Part shown: one piece after another, positions 1 through 11,559 of the stretch | Layout of the letters: the number at the start of each line of letters is the position of its first letter | Position numbering within the stretch: the stretch's first letter is position 1 | NCBI RefSeq assembly: GCF_006345805.1 | Contig: NC_043014.1 | Span: 15,500,001-15,564,000 of the forward strand | Length of the DNA: 64,000 nt | DNA from: Octopus sinensis | Lineage: Eukaryota | Reading direction: 5' to 3' | The notes under the pieces: model-generated | Told to the model about the DNA's origin: nothing | Database searches by the model: none | The model's input: the letters and a program-made list of their open reading frames with translations, nothing else | Translations under genes and position numbers: made by a program

Positions 1-24
1 ATAATAATAATAATAATAATAATA

Positions 25-997
25 GGTTTGATCAGTTGCCAGGACTGTATTGAAGCAGATGAAAACAGCTTAGGGTAGTATATAAAAAATGCCACGGGGC
101 CATTGTTGAAATATACAAAGGTAGCTGGCGTCATCAAAACTGAAAATTGTATAATGAATGAAAAATTTAAACAAGAAATGAACACAAAAAAGAAAAAGAA
201 TGGAAGGAAACAAAAATGTTTGCAAGAGATGTGAACACGAAGACAGATAAAGAGGACCGGTGGCTATGGATGAGGAGGAGTGACCTGAAGATAGAGACAA
301 AAGCACTCATATGCGCAGCTCAGGAACAAGCATTAAGGATCAATTATGTTACGTGCAGAATAAACAACAATACCGACAGCGACAAAATGCAGAATGTGTG
401 GTGAGAGAGGTGAAACCGTATGGCACATCGTTAGCGAGTGCCCGAAATTGGCACAATGTGAATATAAAAGATGACATGACAATGTGGCAAGAATGATCCA
501 TTTGGAGCTCTGTGGAAATCACGGCCTACAAAGAGCAAAGACGTGGTATGAGAAACCTTCAGAAGGAGTCACCGAGAATGAGAATTTTAAAATCTTGTGG
601 AATACAATGATCCAGTGCAATCACCTGACCAGACATCGGAAACCAGACATTGTCTTGGGGAATAAAAAAGGAAGAACAAGCATGATAATCGACATAGCAT
701 GTCTCGGTGACAACAGGATCAATGTGAAAGAAGAAGAAAAAATAAACAACTATGATGATTTGAAGTGGGAAATACGAAGGTTGTGGTTAAAGAAGGGAGT
801 AGACGTGATACCAATAGTAAGTGGTGTACTTAGAAGTATCAGCACTCTACTACTAACATGGCTGAAAAAGATTGGTGCAAGTGTGAAGTTAGGACATCTA
901 CAAAAATCAGCATTGCTTGGAACTGCAAGAATTCTTCACAAGGTTCTTGAAGCATGACCAGTAAATAAGTGTCACCTTAATCTGCTGGCTGTGAACA
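25..997 (+). mobile_element. 5'-truncated R4/Dong-clade non-LTR retrotransposon (zinc knuckle + restriction-like endonuclease), frameshifted
   Basis: Across frames: LICAAQEQALR, CCHC-knuckle remnant, RHRKPDIV...IIDIAC...EKINNYDDL, LQKSALLGTARIL; flanked by (TAA)n at 1-24 and ~998-1068. Confidence 0.85.
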
Positions 998-1004
998 AAT
1001 AATA

Positions 1005-1069
<65 letters not shown>

Positions 1070-1228
1070 CCTTTCTGTTATAGGCATAAGGCCTGGAATT
1101 TGGGGGTGGGGATAAGTCGATTACACCGACTCCAGTACCCAACTGGTACTTAATTTATCGAACCGAAAGGCAAAGTCGATCTCGGTGGAATTTGAACTCA
1201 GAATGCAAAGAGGAACGAAATACCGCTA
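1070..1228 (-). mobile_element. SINE family B (Meta-domain-like core), partial
   Basis: Reverse complement contains gagttcaaattccaccgagatcgactttgcc...gataaattaagtaccagt, shared with >10 copies in the window. Confidence 0.75.
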
Positions 1229-1426
1229 ATACATAATATATGTATATATATGTGTGCATGTGTGTGAGGAGAGACATCTTCACAGCATTGTAGGCCTCTG
1301 GGTAAATCAGTGTACTGGGCCCTATAATTATTAACAACAAATTATGGCATACAAAGATTAGAATTAGGTCCCTAGGCCCGTGAGGTCCCTGGATGACTGC
1401 CCAGTATGCACATGTCTTAAGGCTTC

Positions 1427-1429
<3 letters not shown>

Positions 1430-1462
<33 letters not shown>

Positions 1463-1561
1463 TATACCCATACGAATGTGTGTGTGTGTGTGTTTATGTT
1501 TGTATCTTTCTGCCAATTAAAAATAGTGTATCATCTCTATATCTATCACACACACACACAC

Positions 1562-1594
<33 letters not shown>

Positions 1595-1730
1595 TTCGTA
1601 TGGGTATGCGTACACATACACGAGCTGGTGTAGTAAGACTGGAAGAATTTTTCTGTCTATTTTTGTCTATCTTTGTAAGAGAGAAATCTTTGCCCGAGAA
1701 TCTCTCTCTCTCCCCACTCCCTCTCTCTCC

Positions 1731-1785
<55 letters not shown>

Positions 1786-1790
1786 ACACA
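1430..1790. repeat. (GT)n/(CA)n microsatellite cluster
   Basis: Direct reading. Confidence 0.95.
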
Positions 1791-2429
1791 GAATAAATAG
1801 AAACATTTCATTTAGGTTCATTTCATTCTGATGTGTTCATTGTTTGTAAATTCTACATCATGACGGCATGCTAACATTGAGAGAGAGTTTCTCATCGCTA
1901 AGTTAAAAATAACTGGATTTGCAAAGCTCAACAGGTACAAGCATCCTTCCTCCTTTACCTTCTCTCTCTCTCTCACACACACACACACACTTTATCTTCT
2001 CCCCAGTAAGCACCAAAATGATGATTATGGTGGATACAGCTGTTTTCTCGAGACAAATTTCGTTTCCTTGTGTAATATCATATGCAAATAGCGGTTTCGG
2101 CGTGTAATCACCTAAAATGTATTATTCTACGACTTTACGGCAGAAGCATGCTGTGCATGCATGTGTGTGTGTGTATGTGTGTGTTTGTGCGTGTATGTCT
2201 TTGTGAGTGTGTGAGTGCGAATGTACATGTGAGTGAGTGTTTGTGTTAGTGAGAGTGTGTATATGTGTGTTCCATCATATTACATTCAGCATAAACAAGT
2301 TATATGTTTGTACACGCGTTTATCTGCCTGTCTATCTATTATCGTCTGTCTGTCTGTCTGGGTGGATGGATGTGTGGTATGGTTTCGCAATTCATTAGGT
2401 CTCGTGTTCGATGCCATCGTGTGGTATGC

Positions 2430-2917
2430 AGGGATCCGAATGAAGTTCCAACAGACATGCATGCTAAGTTCCCAGCAACTGTGATGGTTTCGGAAGTCGT
2501 CAGCAACTAGGGAGATGTCATACCTCTTTGCTTTTTTTTCCCGCAGGGCTTTAAGTTCAATGCCACTCTTTACATAGAGGTGTTGGAGAAAGTTGCCTGG
2601 CCCTGGATAGACAGAGTACGCAACGGAAGACCATACATATTCCAACAAGACGCTGTGCAGTCGCAACCCAATTGTGAACGCTTGCCAATCTCCACGATCA
2701 TGTTAACCCAGACACATGGCCTCCAAAGCTCACCAGACCTCAATCCACTGGACTATTACATATGGAGCGTAGTCGAAAGAAAGGTCAGTCAACAGCCCCA
2801 CCCCATGATACCACATAATCTCTTACGTCCACCATAACCAGTATTATGTCCAAAATTGATAAAGATTGTCTGATTCGAGTATGCTACTGCTTCTGACCCC
2901 GTATTAAAGCAGCAATA
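2430..2917 (+). pseudogene. Tc1/mariner maT-like (DD37D-type) transposase C-terminal remnant
   Basis: HAKFPATVMV..VVSN.GDV, PWIDRVRNGRPYIFQQD, SPDLNPLDYYIWSVVERKV, KDCLIRVC; stops and frameshifts. Confidence 0.75.
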
Positions 2918-3660
2918 CCTCGGTCCCAGCATTCCTGCCACTTTCGGAATCTGGCCTGGAAGTCGTTTTCTGTAAGTGAGACGAGGACCTTCTGCGATTC
3001 ACTCTTGATCTCCACAACGGTGTTAAAACGGCCACCTTTGAGTTGTATTTTCCTCTTGGAGAAGAGATGGAAGTCCGCAGGTGCTAAATCTAGAGAATAG
3101 GGTGAGTAAGGAAGCGGCACTATATTGTCTTTGGTGAGAAACAGACGAGTGAGGAGAGCTCGGTGACAGGGTCGTCGTGAAAAATCCATTTCTTCACGCT
3201 CCACAGATTTGGTCGCTTTCGCCAAATGTCTTCCCTCAAATGCTTCAAAACGTTGTAGTAGAACTCTTGATTGACTGTCTGGTCCTGGGGGACGAATTCT
3301 TGGTGCACAATATTTGGATGTCGAAAAAAACCAAAAGAAAACGATGAGCATGCTTTTGATTGAGCTTCAGCTTTGTCGTACACCCGTGCCTCTTAGAACA
3401 TTGCACACGATCCATTGCCTCGTCACCATAAGCTTGCCGAAGCAGGATCAATGTCTTTGTTGCAAACTTCCCAAGTTTAACGCAAAATTTCATGTTGGCT
3501 CTTTGTTCCAATTTCCTGTCCATGACAAAAATCACAGACTACAGTAGAAAAGTGATCACAAAAACACAAATTTCCCAACTTGCGAAGTAAACTCAGCGAT
3601 GTTACTCGGCGCACTGAGTCATGAGTGTCACTGCCAGTTCTCACTGTACACGCAACCGTC
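2908..3660 (-). mobile_element. mariner (DD34D) element, internally deleted and degenerate
   Basis: N-terminal EQRANMKFCVKLGK...LRQAYGDEAM; catalytic IVHQEFVPQDQTVNQEFY, WIFHDD, PYSPYSLDLAPADFHLF, FRKWQECWDRGIAA. Confidence 0.9.
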
Positions 3661-3689
3661 GTCTAGCTAATAATGATTATATTGTTAAT

Positions 3690-4910
3690 AAAATGGTAGA
3701 TAAGGGAGGTGCTATTGTAATTATAGACAAGGATTAGTATATTGCAGCTCGTTGAAGAATCTTAAAGTGACAACACTTCTGAAGAATTAGCTGTCGATCC
3801 AAACTCTAATTACAGAAAATAACTTGACAAAATGGTTTTGGAAATGGAGGAAAACAATTTTGTAAATGACACTGAGTCGAGAATATTGCAGTCAGAGAAA
3901 AGAACGCTGTATTCTACAGTCTTCCATAGCACAAAGAGTTTGAAAAATTTCCTCCCATTTTGCAGTAGGAATGAATGTTGTACAGGCAATTTCAGAGCGA
4001 TTGGATGCTTTCTCCTTCCTGTAGCCCCCAACCCCAAATCGATCTCTTATGTTCAAAGTATTTCTGATTTTATTTCCAAAATTAATAATTTAAAAAATGT
4101 CAAATAGTTTCTAAAACTGTTTTTCTTTCTTTCTTTCTTTTTTTCTTTTTTCTTTCTTTTTGCTAACAACGGATGTTTCTTCACTTTACTTAACATTGAC
4201 CATTATGTAGGAGTGAAACCATGTATGGACGTCTTTGAAAATAGTTAAACAAAATGGTTATTCCATCAAATTCCCTCTGCAGGTTATTGAAGTTTGTATC
4301 ACAAAGCAACACAATCAAGTTTCGAAAAACAAAAATATTACCATCAGATGAAGGAATGTGTCATGGAGGTACTCCCATGGTAATTAACTTTGTTGACGTC
4401 TTCGTGACAAAATTCGAAAAACAGTTACTGGAAACATTTAAATCCCTGCATGGTCATGAACCAATACTCTGGTTACGATTCATTGATGATGCCTTCTTAT
4501 TATTTATTCATTTATTTATTATTATTATTATTTTTTGCCTGAGAAGGAATGCAAAATAGTCTATTTGTACTTTTGCTTGTCTGTGACACCCTTGCACAAA
4601 CTATGGCTTCAAGTCGAACTCAAAATTCTCGTCAAGATTTTCGAAAACTAGCGCCAACTATTTAGATATGAAAGTTAATATTTGCAGAAGGCTGCATTGT
4701 GACAGGACTATTTTGCAAACCCGCATCACCCCACATTTATCTTTACTGCAGTTCCGACCATCAACACCACACTACTAAGTCAAATCCAATGGTCGTATTT
4801 TTGAGAATAAAACAGATTACTAGAAACGTGCAAATAATTCTGTGCATCATTACGTCAAACCTGGCTATAGTGAATCACAAGTGAAAGAAATAAGAAAAGA
4901 CATACCTAAA
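3690..4910 (+). pseudogene. Penelope-like element reverse transcriptase remnant
   Basis: DKGGAIVIIDK, SYVQSISDFISKI, G.PMVINFVDVFVTKFEKQLL...PILWLRFIDDAF (YIDD-type), KPASPHIYLYCSSDHQHH; many stops. Confidence 0.8.
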
Positions 4911-4926
4911 ATTATTATTATTGTGT

Positions 4927-5315
4927 GAGAGAGTAGAACGTGCCATCAAAAGTGATGCTGGGGTACAAATATACGAAGCCCAGTATACCCATCATGACTA
5001 CCTATCTGACAGGGATACACCAGGCACATGCATCACAATCATATGTGCACGACATGGTGACCCTATATCAAGATAAACAGCACATGACCTTGCAGGTGGG
5101 ACCCAGTTAGAATTTTCTTTAGGTCGAGTAGCCCATTCTGCTCAAAGGTCCCTGAATAAGGGTTGTTTATCTGGATATGAAGCGACCATGGTACGCACAT
5201 AAAGTCATGATGCATGTGCCTCGTATACCCTTATCAGATGAGTAGTCATGATGGGTATATTGGGCTTCGTATATATGAACACCAGTGTCACTTTGATGGC
5301 GTTTGTTGCTCTCTC
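4927..5315. mobile_element. Fold-back/MITE-like element with ~150-bp imperfect terminal inverted repeats
   Basis: atatacgaagcccagtatacccatcatgacta mirrors tagtcatgatgggtatattgggcttcgtatat; complementarity extends to both ends, ~85-bp spacer. Confidence 0.75.
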
Positions 5316-5344
5316 AAATAATAATAATAATAATAATAACAATA

Positions 5345-5525
5345 TCCCTTTCTGCTATAGGCACATGGCCTGAAATTTGGTGGGAGGAGTTTAAACGAAT
5401 ACATTGAGCCCAGTACCTGGCTGGTACATATTCTATTGATCCTGGAAAGATGAAAGGCAAAGTCAACCTCGGCAGAATTCGTACTGAGAATGCCGAGAGG
5501 GTGAGCTAGCAGAATCATTAGCACA
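5345..5525 (-). mobile_element. SINE family B copy
   Basis: Shared core gatgaaaggcaaagtcaacctcggc. Confidence 0.7.
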
Positions 5526-5809
5526 GCACACAAGATACTTAGAGGCAATTCATTCAGCACTTGACATTCGGAGTTCAACTTCTGCCTAGGTTGATTTTTT
5601 TTTTGTACCTTTCGTTTTTTTTTTTCCGGGTTGAGAAATAAGTACCGGTCATGTACTTATTTTATCAGCTAACACCTTCCAACAAATATTGCTGACCCTG
5701 AGCCAAAATTTTTTAAAATTATTACTATTGTTTAGGACGGCAAAATGGCAGAATTGTTAGCACGTCAGACAAAATTCTGGGCGGCATTTCTTCCAACTTT
5801 ACATTCAGA

Positions 5810-5951
5810 TTATTTACATTATTTATATTTGACGGATATTTGTCCTCATCTTGTTTGTTGTTAACACGTTTCAGCTGATATACCCTCCAGCCTTCATCAG
5901 GTGTCTTGGGGAAATTTCGAACCTGGATTCTCATTTCTAAGGTATTTTTGA

Positions 5952-5988
<37 letters not shown>

Positions 5989-6162
5989 GTTATTATTATT
6001 ATTATTATTATAGTTATTATTATTATTATTATTGTCATTATTATTATTATTATTCAGGTCACTGCTTGGAATCAAACTCAGAATCTTGGGGTTAGTAGTC
6101 CGCACTCTTAACCATTACGCCATATGCCCTTGGGCATATGGCGTAGTGGTTAAGAGAACTGT
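5810..6162 (-). mobile_element. tRNA-headed SINE with internal (TAA)n and hammerhead-like tail, 12-bp TSD
   Basis: Minus strand: A-box TGGCGTAATGG and B-box-like GAGTTTGATTC (6054-6129), (TAA)n, then GACAC-CTGATGA-A-GGCTG..CAGCT-GAAAC. Confidence 0.8.
5863..5905 (-). ncRNA. Degenerate minimal type I hammerhead motif
   Basis: GACAC CTGATGA A GGCTG gagggtatat CAGCT GAAAC GTGTT; stem III/NUH site apparently deleted. Confidence 0.55.
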
Positions 6163-6352
6163 TTTACATTCAGAGTTCAAATTCCACTGAGATCGATTTT
6201 GCCCTTCATCCTTCAGGGGTCGATGAAATATGAACCAGTTGAGCATTGGAGTTGATGTAATCGACCAGCACCCTGCCCCCAAATTTCAAGCCTTGTGCCT
6301 ATAGAAGAAAGGATTATTATTAATAGTAGTTGTAATATAGCAGACGAACTGA

Positions 6353-6585
6353 AGGCGGCGAGCTGGCAGAAACGTTAGCACGCCGGGTGAAATGCTTAGC
6401 GGTATTTCATCTGTCTTTATGTTCTGAGTTCAAATTCCGCCGAGGTCGACTTTGCCTTTCATCCTTTTGGGGGTCGATAAATTAAGTACCAGTTGCATAC
6501 TAGGGTCGATCTAATCGATTGCCCCTGCACCACCACCACATCCCCCAAAATTTCGGGCCTAGTGCCTAGAATAGAAAAGAATATA
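6353..6585 (+). mobile_element. SINE family B, near full length
   Basis: ggcggcgagctggcagaaacgttagc...gtcgactttgcctttcatcc...taagtaccagtt. Confidence 0.85.
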
Positions 6586-6846
6586 GCAGACGGATAAGCG
6601 GGATTGTAAGAGGGCTGGACAAAAATGTTTTGCAGTACAGTAACATCTCACTTTACGAGGAACCGCTTTACAAGACCCCTGGGTTTACGAGTTTTATTTT
6701 ATTATAAATATTTCAAGCACAAAATCCAGAATTTTGACAATGTGCAAAAGTTTCTACTACCATAACAAATGCTTCTGCGAGTTGCCGAGAAATTTATAGA
6801 GAGCGAAAAATAAAAGCTTCTTCTAAGCAAACAACTCTAGACTTGT

Positions 6847-7178
6847 GTTGTGTCTGAGGAGAGTCATTTTCTTTTTGTGCCTTATAATGTAACACATTCT
6901 CTGGTAAAATTTCCACTTATTCCTTACTTTTATTTTCCTAAAATTTTCGTTGCATCTTGCAACCTTTTCAATAGTTTTGACTCTAAACTATTGAAAAGGT
7001 TGCAAGACGCAATGAAGATTTTAGGAAAATAAAAATAAGAAAAAAGTGGAAATTTTACCGGTGAGTGTGTTACATTATAAGGCACAAAAATAAAATGACT
7101 CTCCCCAGACACAACAGAATATGTTTCAACACATGAACTCATATAAAGAATCTTGCAAACCAAATCCCAAAACGAAAT
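6847..7178 (+). mobile_element. Fold-back (Penelope pLTR-like) insertion, ~132-bp arms, 14-bp TSD
   Basis: 6846-6977 is the inverted complement of 6985-7116; aactctagacttgt at 6833-6846 and 7179-7192. Confidence 0.85.
6938..6974 (-). ncRNA. Minimal hammerhead motif, U3-A8 variant
   Basis: CTA TTGAAAA G GTTGC aagat GCAAC GAAA AT TT TAG; stem I only 3 bp. Confidence 0.5.
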
Positions 7179-7499
7179 AACTCTAGACTTGTTTTTAAAA
7201 CAGAAATCTACAAGTCCATCTACGAGTGCTTGTGGATTGGCGGTCGCGTCTACAAGTAATGGTGTGTGTGAGTCTAGTGCGAGTGAAAGTGATTCAGAAA
7301 ACGATAATAATAATAATAATAATAATAATAATATTTTTTTTTTATTATAAATGATTTTGACATTCTTTCTAATTTATAAAGAATATTCTTTACTTTCAAC
7401 TGTCGTTTTACTGCCATTTATTTATGAGTATTATAAATCTTACAGGTAAAATATTTTTCTGGGAACAAATTACGATATCCGACAAATGAAGTGAGTCCA

Positions 7500-7947
7500 T
7501 GGCTTGCAGGATGGCCTGCTGTGCTAACCTTGGATCGTAGAGTGACCCGGTGTTCTTGAGGAGACCTACATCAACACCAACATCAAAATAAAAATAAAAG
7601 TTAATGGAAATTGTAGTTAAGATACCCATGCCGGTGACACGTAAAAAGCACTGTCCGAACATAGCTGATGCCAGCGCCGCCTGACTGGCATTCGTGTCAG
7701 TGACACGTAAAAAGCACCAACCGATCGTGGTCGTTTGCCAGCCTCCTCTGGCCCCTGTGCCGGTGTCACGTAAAAAGCACCCACTACACTCATGGAGTGG
7801 TTGGCGTTAGGAAGGGCATCCAGCAGTAGAAACATTGCCAGATCAGACAGGAGCCTGGCACAGCCTCCTGGCATCCCAGACCCCAGTTGAACCGTCCAAC
7901 CCATGCTAGCATGGAAAACAGACGTTAAACGATGATGATGATGATGA
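7500..7947 (+). mobile_element. RTE LINE 3' UTR/tail fragment
   Basis: Ends catgctagcatggaaaacagacgttaaacgatgatgatg, as do the RTE copies ending ~21069 and ~34427. Confidence 0.8.
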
Positions 7948-8189
7948 ACACTGCTGTGGCTACTATGGGAAATTATTGCTCTATTTTACGAGTTTTCACT
8001 TTACAAGCAGTCTCCGTGAACAAATTACAGTATTTAGTTAGGGGCCTTTACATTCTGAGTTCATATCCTGCTGATGTCAACTGCTGATTTTCAACCTTCC
8101 TTGAGGAAGAGAGTAGGTGTGGGTGTTGGGTGGGGGGTGGAGTGTTCAATAAATTAAGTACCAGTTAATTAATAAAATCAGGTATGTCT

Positions 8190-8503
8190 GCTACACCACT
8201 AATACTACTACCACCATCACCACCGCCAATACTGCACCCCCACTACAACTACTACTACTACTACACTCCTTGTACTATCTCCACTAATACTGCAGTCACC
8301 ACCACTACCACCACCACCATCACCATTATTACTACTACCTCTACTACTACTACTACAACTACTACTACCACCATCACCACCACCACCACCACTACCGCCA
8401 CTACTACTATTACAACTACTTATACCACCACCACCAGCATTACTATAACCAGAACTGCAACCACCACCACCACTACTACAACTGCTGCTATTGCTACTAC
8501 CAA

Positions 8504-8538
<35 letters not shown>

Positions 8539-8640
8539 ACAACTGTTGCTACAGTCTTACTACAACTATTACAAATACTACAACCACTGCTGCTACTGCT
8601 ACCACTGCTACTACCACCACCACCACCACTACCACTAACT
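8190..8640. repeat. (ACT/ACC)n triplet low-complexity tract
   Basis: Direct reading. Confidence 0.9.
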
Positions 8641-8774
8641 GTGTGGACTTGTGCCAATGTTAGAAATCGTTATTATTCTACATTCCTTCGCTCTGACTAG
8701 GAAGAAGAAAAACTGTTGATGAGTTAAAGTCACAAGTATTTCCGGTTATAATAATAATAATAATAATAATAATC

Positions 8775-8805
<31 letters not shown>

Positions 8806-8900
8806 AAGCAAGAAAACAACATCAAGAAAAATATAACGCACAGTAAATCATTCTGTATTTATGTGTGCATGTGCATGTGTGTGTGTGTGTATGTATGTAT

Positions 8901-8959
<59 letters not shown>

Positions 8960-8961
8960 TA

Positions 8962-9015
<54 letters not shown>

Positions 9016-9020
9016 AGATG

Positions 9021-9180
9021 CAAGCATGGCTGTGTGGTAAGAAGCTTGCTTCCCACTTTATGGTTCAGGGTTCAGTTCCTCTGCATGGCACCTTGGGTAA
9101 GTGTCTTCTACTACAGCCTTGGTCCTACCAAAGCCTTGTGAGTGGATTTGGTAGACGGAAACTGAAAGAAGCCCATCGTA
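9021..9180 (+). mobile_element. SINE family A head (tRNA-derived, CORE-like)
   Basis: ggctgtgtggtaag...ggttcagttcc...ccttgggtaagtgtcttctac...ggaaactgaaagaagccc. Confidence 0.85.
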
Positions 9181-9190
9181 TATATATATA

Positions 9191-9760
9191 TACTCTTACT
9201 CTTTACTCTTTTACTTCTTTCAGTCATTTGGCTGTGGCCATGCTGGAGCACCGCCTTTAGTCGAGCAAATCAACTCCTGAGTATATTCTTTGTAAGCCTA
9301 GTACTTATTCTATCAGTCTCTTTTACTGAACCGCTAGTTATGGGGATGTAAACACACTAGCATCGGTTGTCAAGCGATGTTGGGGGGGGGTACAAACACA
9401 GACACACAAACATATATACACACACACATACATACATACATATATATAGATTAATCAGCCGAAATTGCGAGGATAATCCGGTTCTTGACTGAAGATTGAG
9501 GGCTTTGAATGTCCTGTCCGTGTTTTTATATCGTCTTCTAAATGTTTTGCGTTCTTGTCCCAGTTTGTATTTACATATATATATATACATATATACGATG
9601 GGCTTCTTTCAGTTTCCGTCTACCAAATCTACTCACAAGGCTTTGGTCGGCCTGAGGCTATAGTAAAGGACACTTGCCCAAGGTGCCACACAGTGGGACT
9701 GAACCCAGAACAATGTGGATCATAAGCAAGCTACTTACCACACGGCCACTCCTATGCCTA
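9191..9760 (-). mobile_element. SINE family A, bipartite, with ~140-bp foreign insert (9430-9575)
   Basis: Head 9590-9760 and 3' module 9191-9420; insert matches 45330-45460. Confidence 0.85.
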
Positions 9761-9834
9761 TATGCATATTTTTAATAATATTGAACACCAGCAATTGAGT
9801 GACTCAAGGGCCGAATATTTCAAGCATTGGCACC

Positions 9835-10015
9835 AAATATTGGTTTCAAATTTTGCCACAAGGCCAGCAATTTCCGAGAAGTGGGGTAATCAATTATATT
9901 GACTCCAGTTTCCAACTGGTACTTATTTTATCAACTCTGAAAGGATGAAAGGCAAAGTCGACCTCGGTGGAATTTGAACTCAGACTGCAAAGACAGACAA
10001 ACAGTTGCTAAATTT
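9835..10015 (-). mobile_element. SINE family B copy
   Basis: gaaaggatgaaaggcaaagtcgacctcggtggaatttgaactcag. Confidence 0.8.
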
Positions 10016-10959
10016 CTCCTAGTATACTAATAATTCTGTCTCTTTGCCACTGTTGGCACCAAATATTAATATATATATATGTATATATATGTATATATAT
10101 GTTTCAAAGCATTTGTGTGGCTGTATGTGATAAATGTGTGTGCGTATGTGTTTGAGCATATGTGCTTGTGAGGGTGCATGTGTGCATGTGTGTGTCAATG
10201 AGTGTGTGTGTGCATGTGAGTGTGTGTGTGTGTGTGTGTGTGTGCATGTGTGTGAGAGTGTGTCTGTGCATGTGTGTATGTGCCCTATATTTACTTGACA
10301 TAAAAGAATTAGGATTACTGCAATTATAACTATTTCTACTAGTACTACCATTACCACCACCACCACCACCACTACCACTGTCAATACCACCACTACTACC
10401 ACCGTCAATACCACTACCATCACCGCCACCGCCACCACCACCGCCACCACCACCGCCACCACCACCACTACCAACACCAACATCACCATCAAGGCAGTGT
10501 CTGCTGTGGTCCAACAACTGATATAAGAAAACGATAATAGATAACAGATAATTACTGCAAGGTTCTTGTTTTCATTTGCCAAATAAAAGCTAAATTGTAA
10601 TTATTTAACAATTTTTGTTGCCTACATCATTCAGCTCACAGACTCCCTGAATCATCATCTTCAATGTCTTAAGACTATTTTCCATATTTGCAAGATATCA
10701 ACAAACAAGTTTGAGAAAGTATTTTACAGCTGGATGCCCTTCCTGTCACCAACTGTTATCTTTTATAGGTATTTCTCTTAGAAAATTAATTTATATTCTC
10801 CCATAAATCATTTCTCCTCTTTTCTTTACTTTTTTGGTGGGGTGGGTAAGTCACAAAAAAGTACACTGCTAGGTTTTTGTTTTCTTTCTCTCTACTAGAA
10901 AAATATATTTCAATTCATTTGGGATTCTTTTTCAATAATGTAATTTCAGCAAAATACCT

Positions 10960-11136
10960 CTTAACTGAATTTATACATGTGTGTGTATGTGTGTACGTGC
11001 ATGTGCATGTAGATACACACACATGTATACATGCTCACACACACACACACACATATTAGGTAAATAAAAAATGGAAACAAAAACAACAGAAGGAAAAACA
11101 AAATTACATATATATAAATATATACACATATATCAC

Positions 11137-11167
<31 letters not shown>

Positions 11168-11368
11168 TAAGCATATATTCATATATATATATACACATAC
11201 ATACACACATATACATATATCTATATCTATCTATCTATCTATATATATATATATGGGAAATTTAAGATAAACACAAGTTAATATTAAGATATAAATTTAC
11301 ACACATATAAATATATATCTATATATATATGCATATATGTATGGATATATATAGCTACATACACATAA

Positions 11369-11413
<45 letters not shown>

Positions 11414-11506
11414 TAAATATAGATATACACATACATCCATATACATATATATATAAATATAGATATACACACACAACACACACACACACGCACATATATA
11501 TATATG

Positions 11507-11550
<44 letters not shown>
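10960..11550. repeat. (AT)n/(CA)n microsatellite block
   Basis: Direct reading. Confidence 0.95.
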
Positions 11551-11555
<5 letters not shown>

Positions 11556-11559
11556 TTCT

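Larger units (their letters stand above)
5738..6320 (+). mobile_element. SINE family B copy split by the 5810-6162 insertion
   Basis: Head 5738-5809 resumes at 6163; tttacattcaga duplicated at 5798-5809 and 6163-6174. Confidence 0.75.
6637..7497 (+). mobile_element. pogo/Tigger-like DNA transposon remnant (interrupted)
   Basis: 5' end tacagtaacatctcactttacgag; KQTTLDL-like C-terminal peptide; 3' end poorly matched. Confidence 0.45.

Noticed and set aside
6054-6129. Functional tRNA gene
   Set aside because: No acceptor stem closure; part of a TSD-bounded SINE
8184-8663. Mucin-like Thr-rich ORF
   Set aside because: Entirely (ACT/ACC)n; no signal peptide or domain
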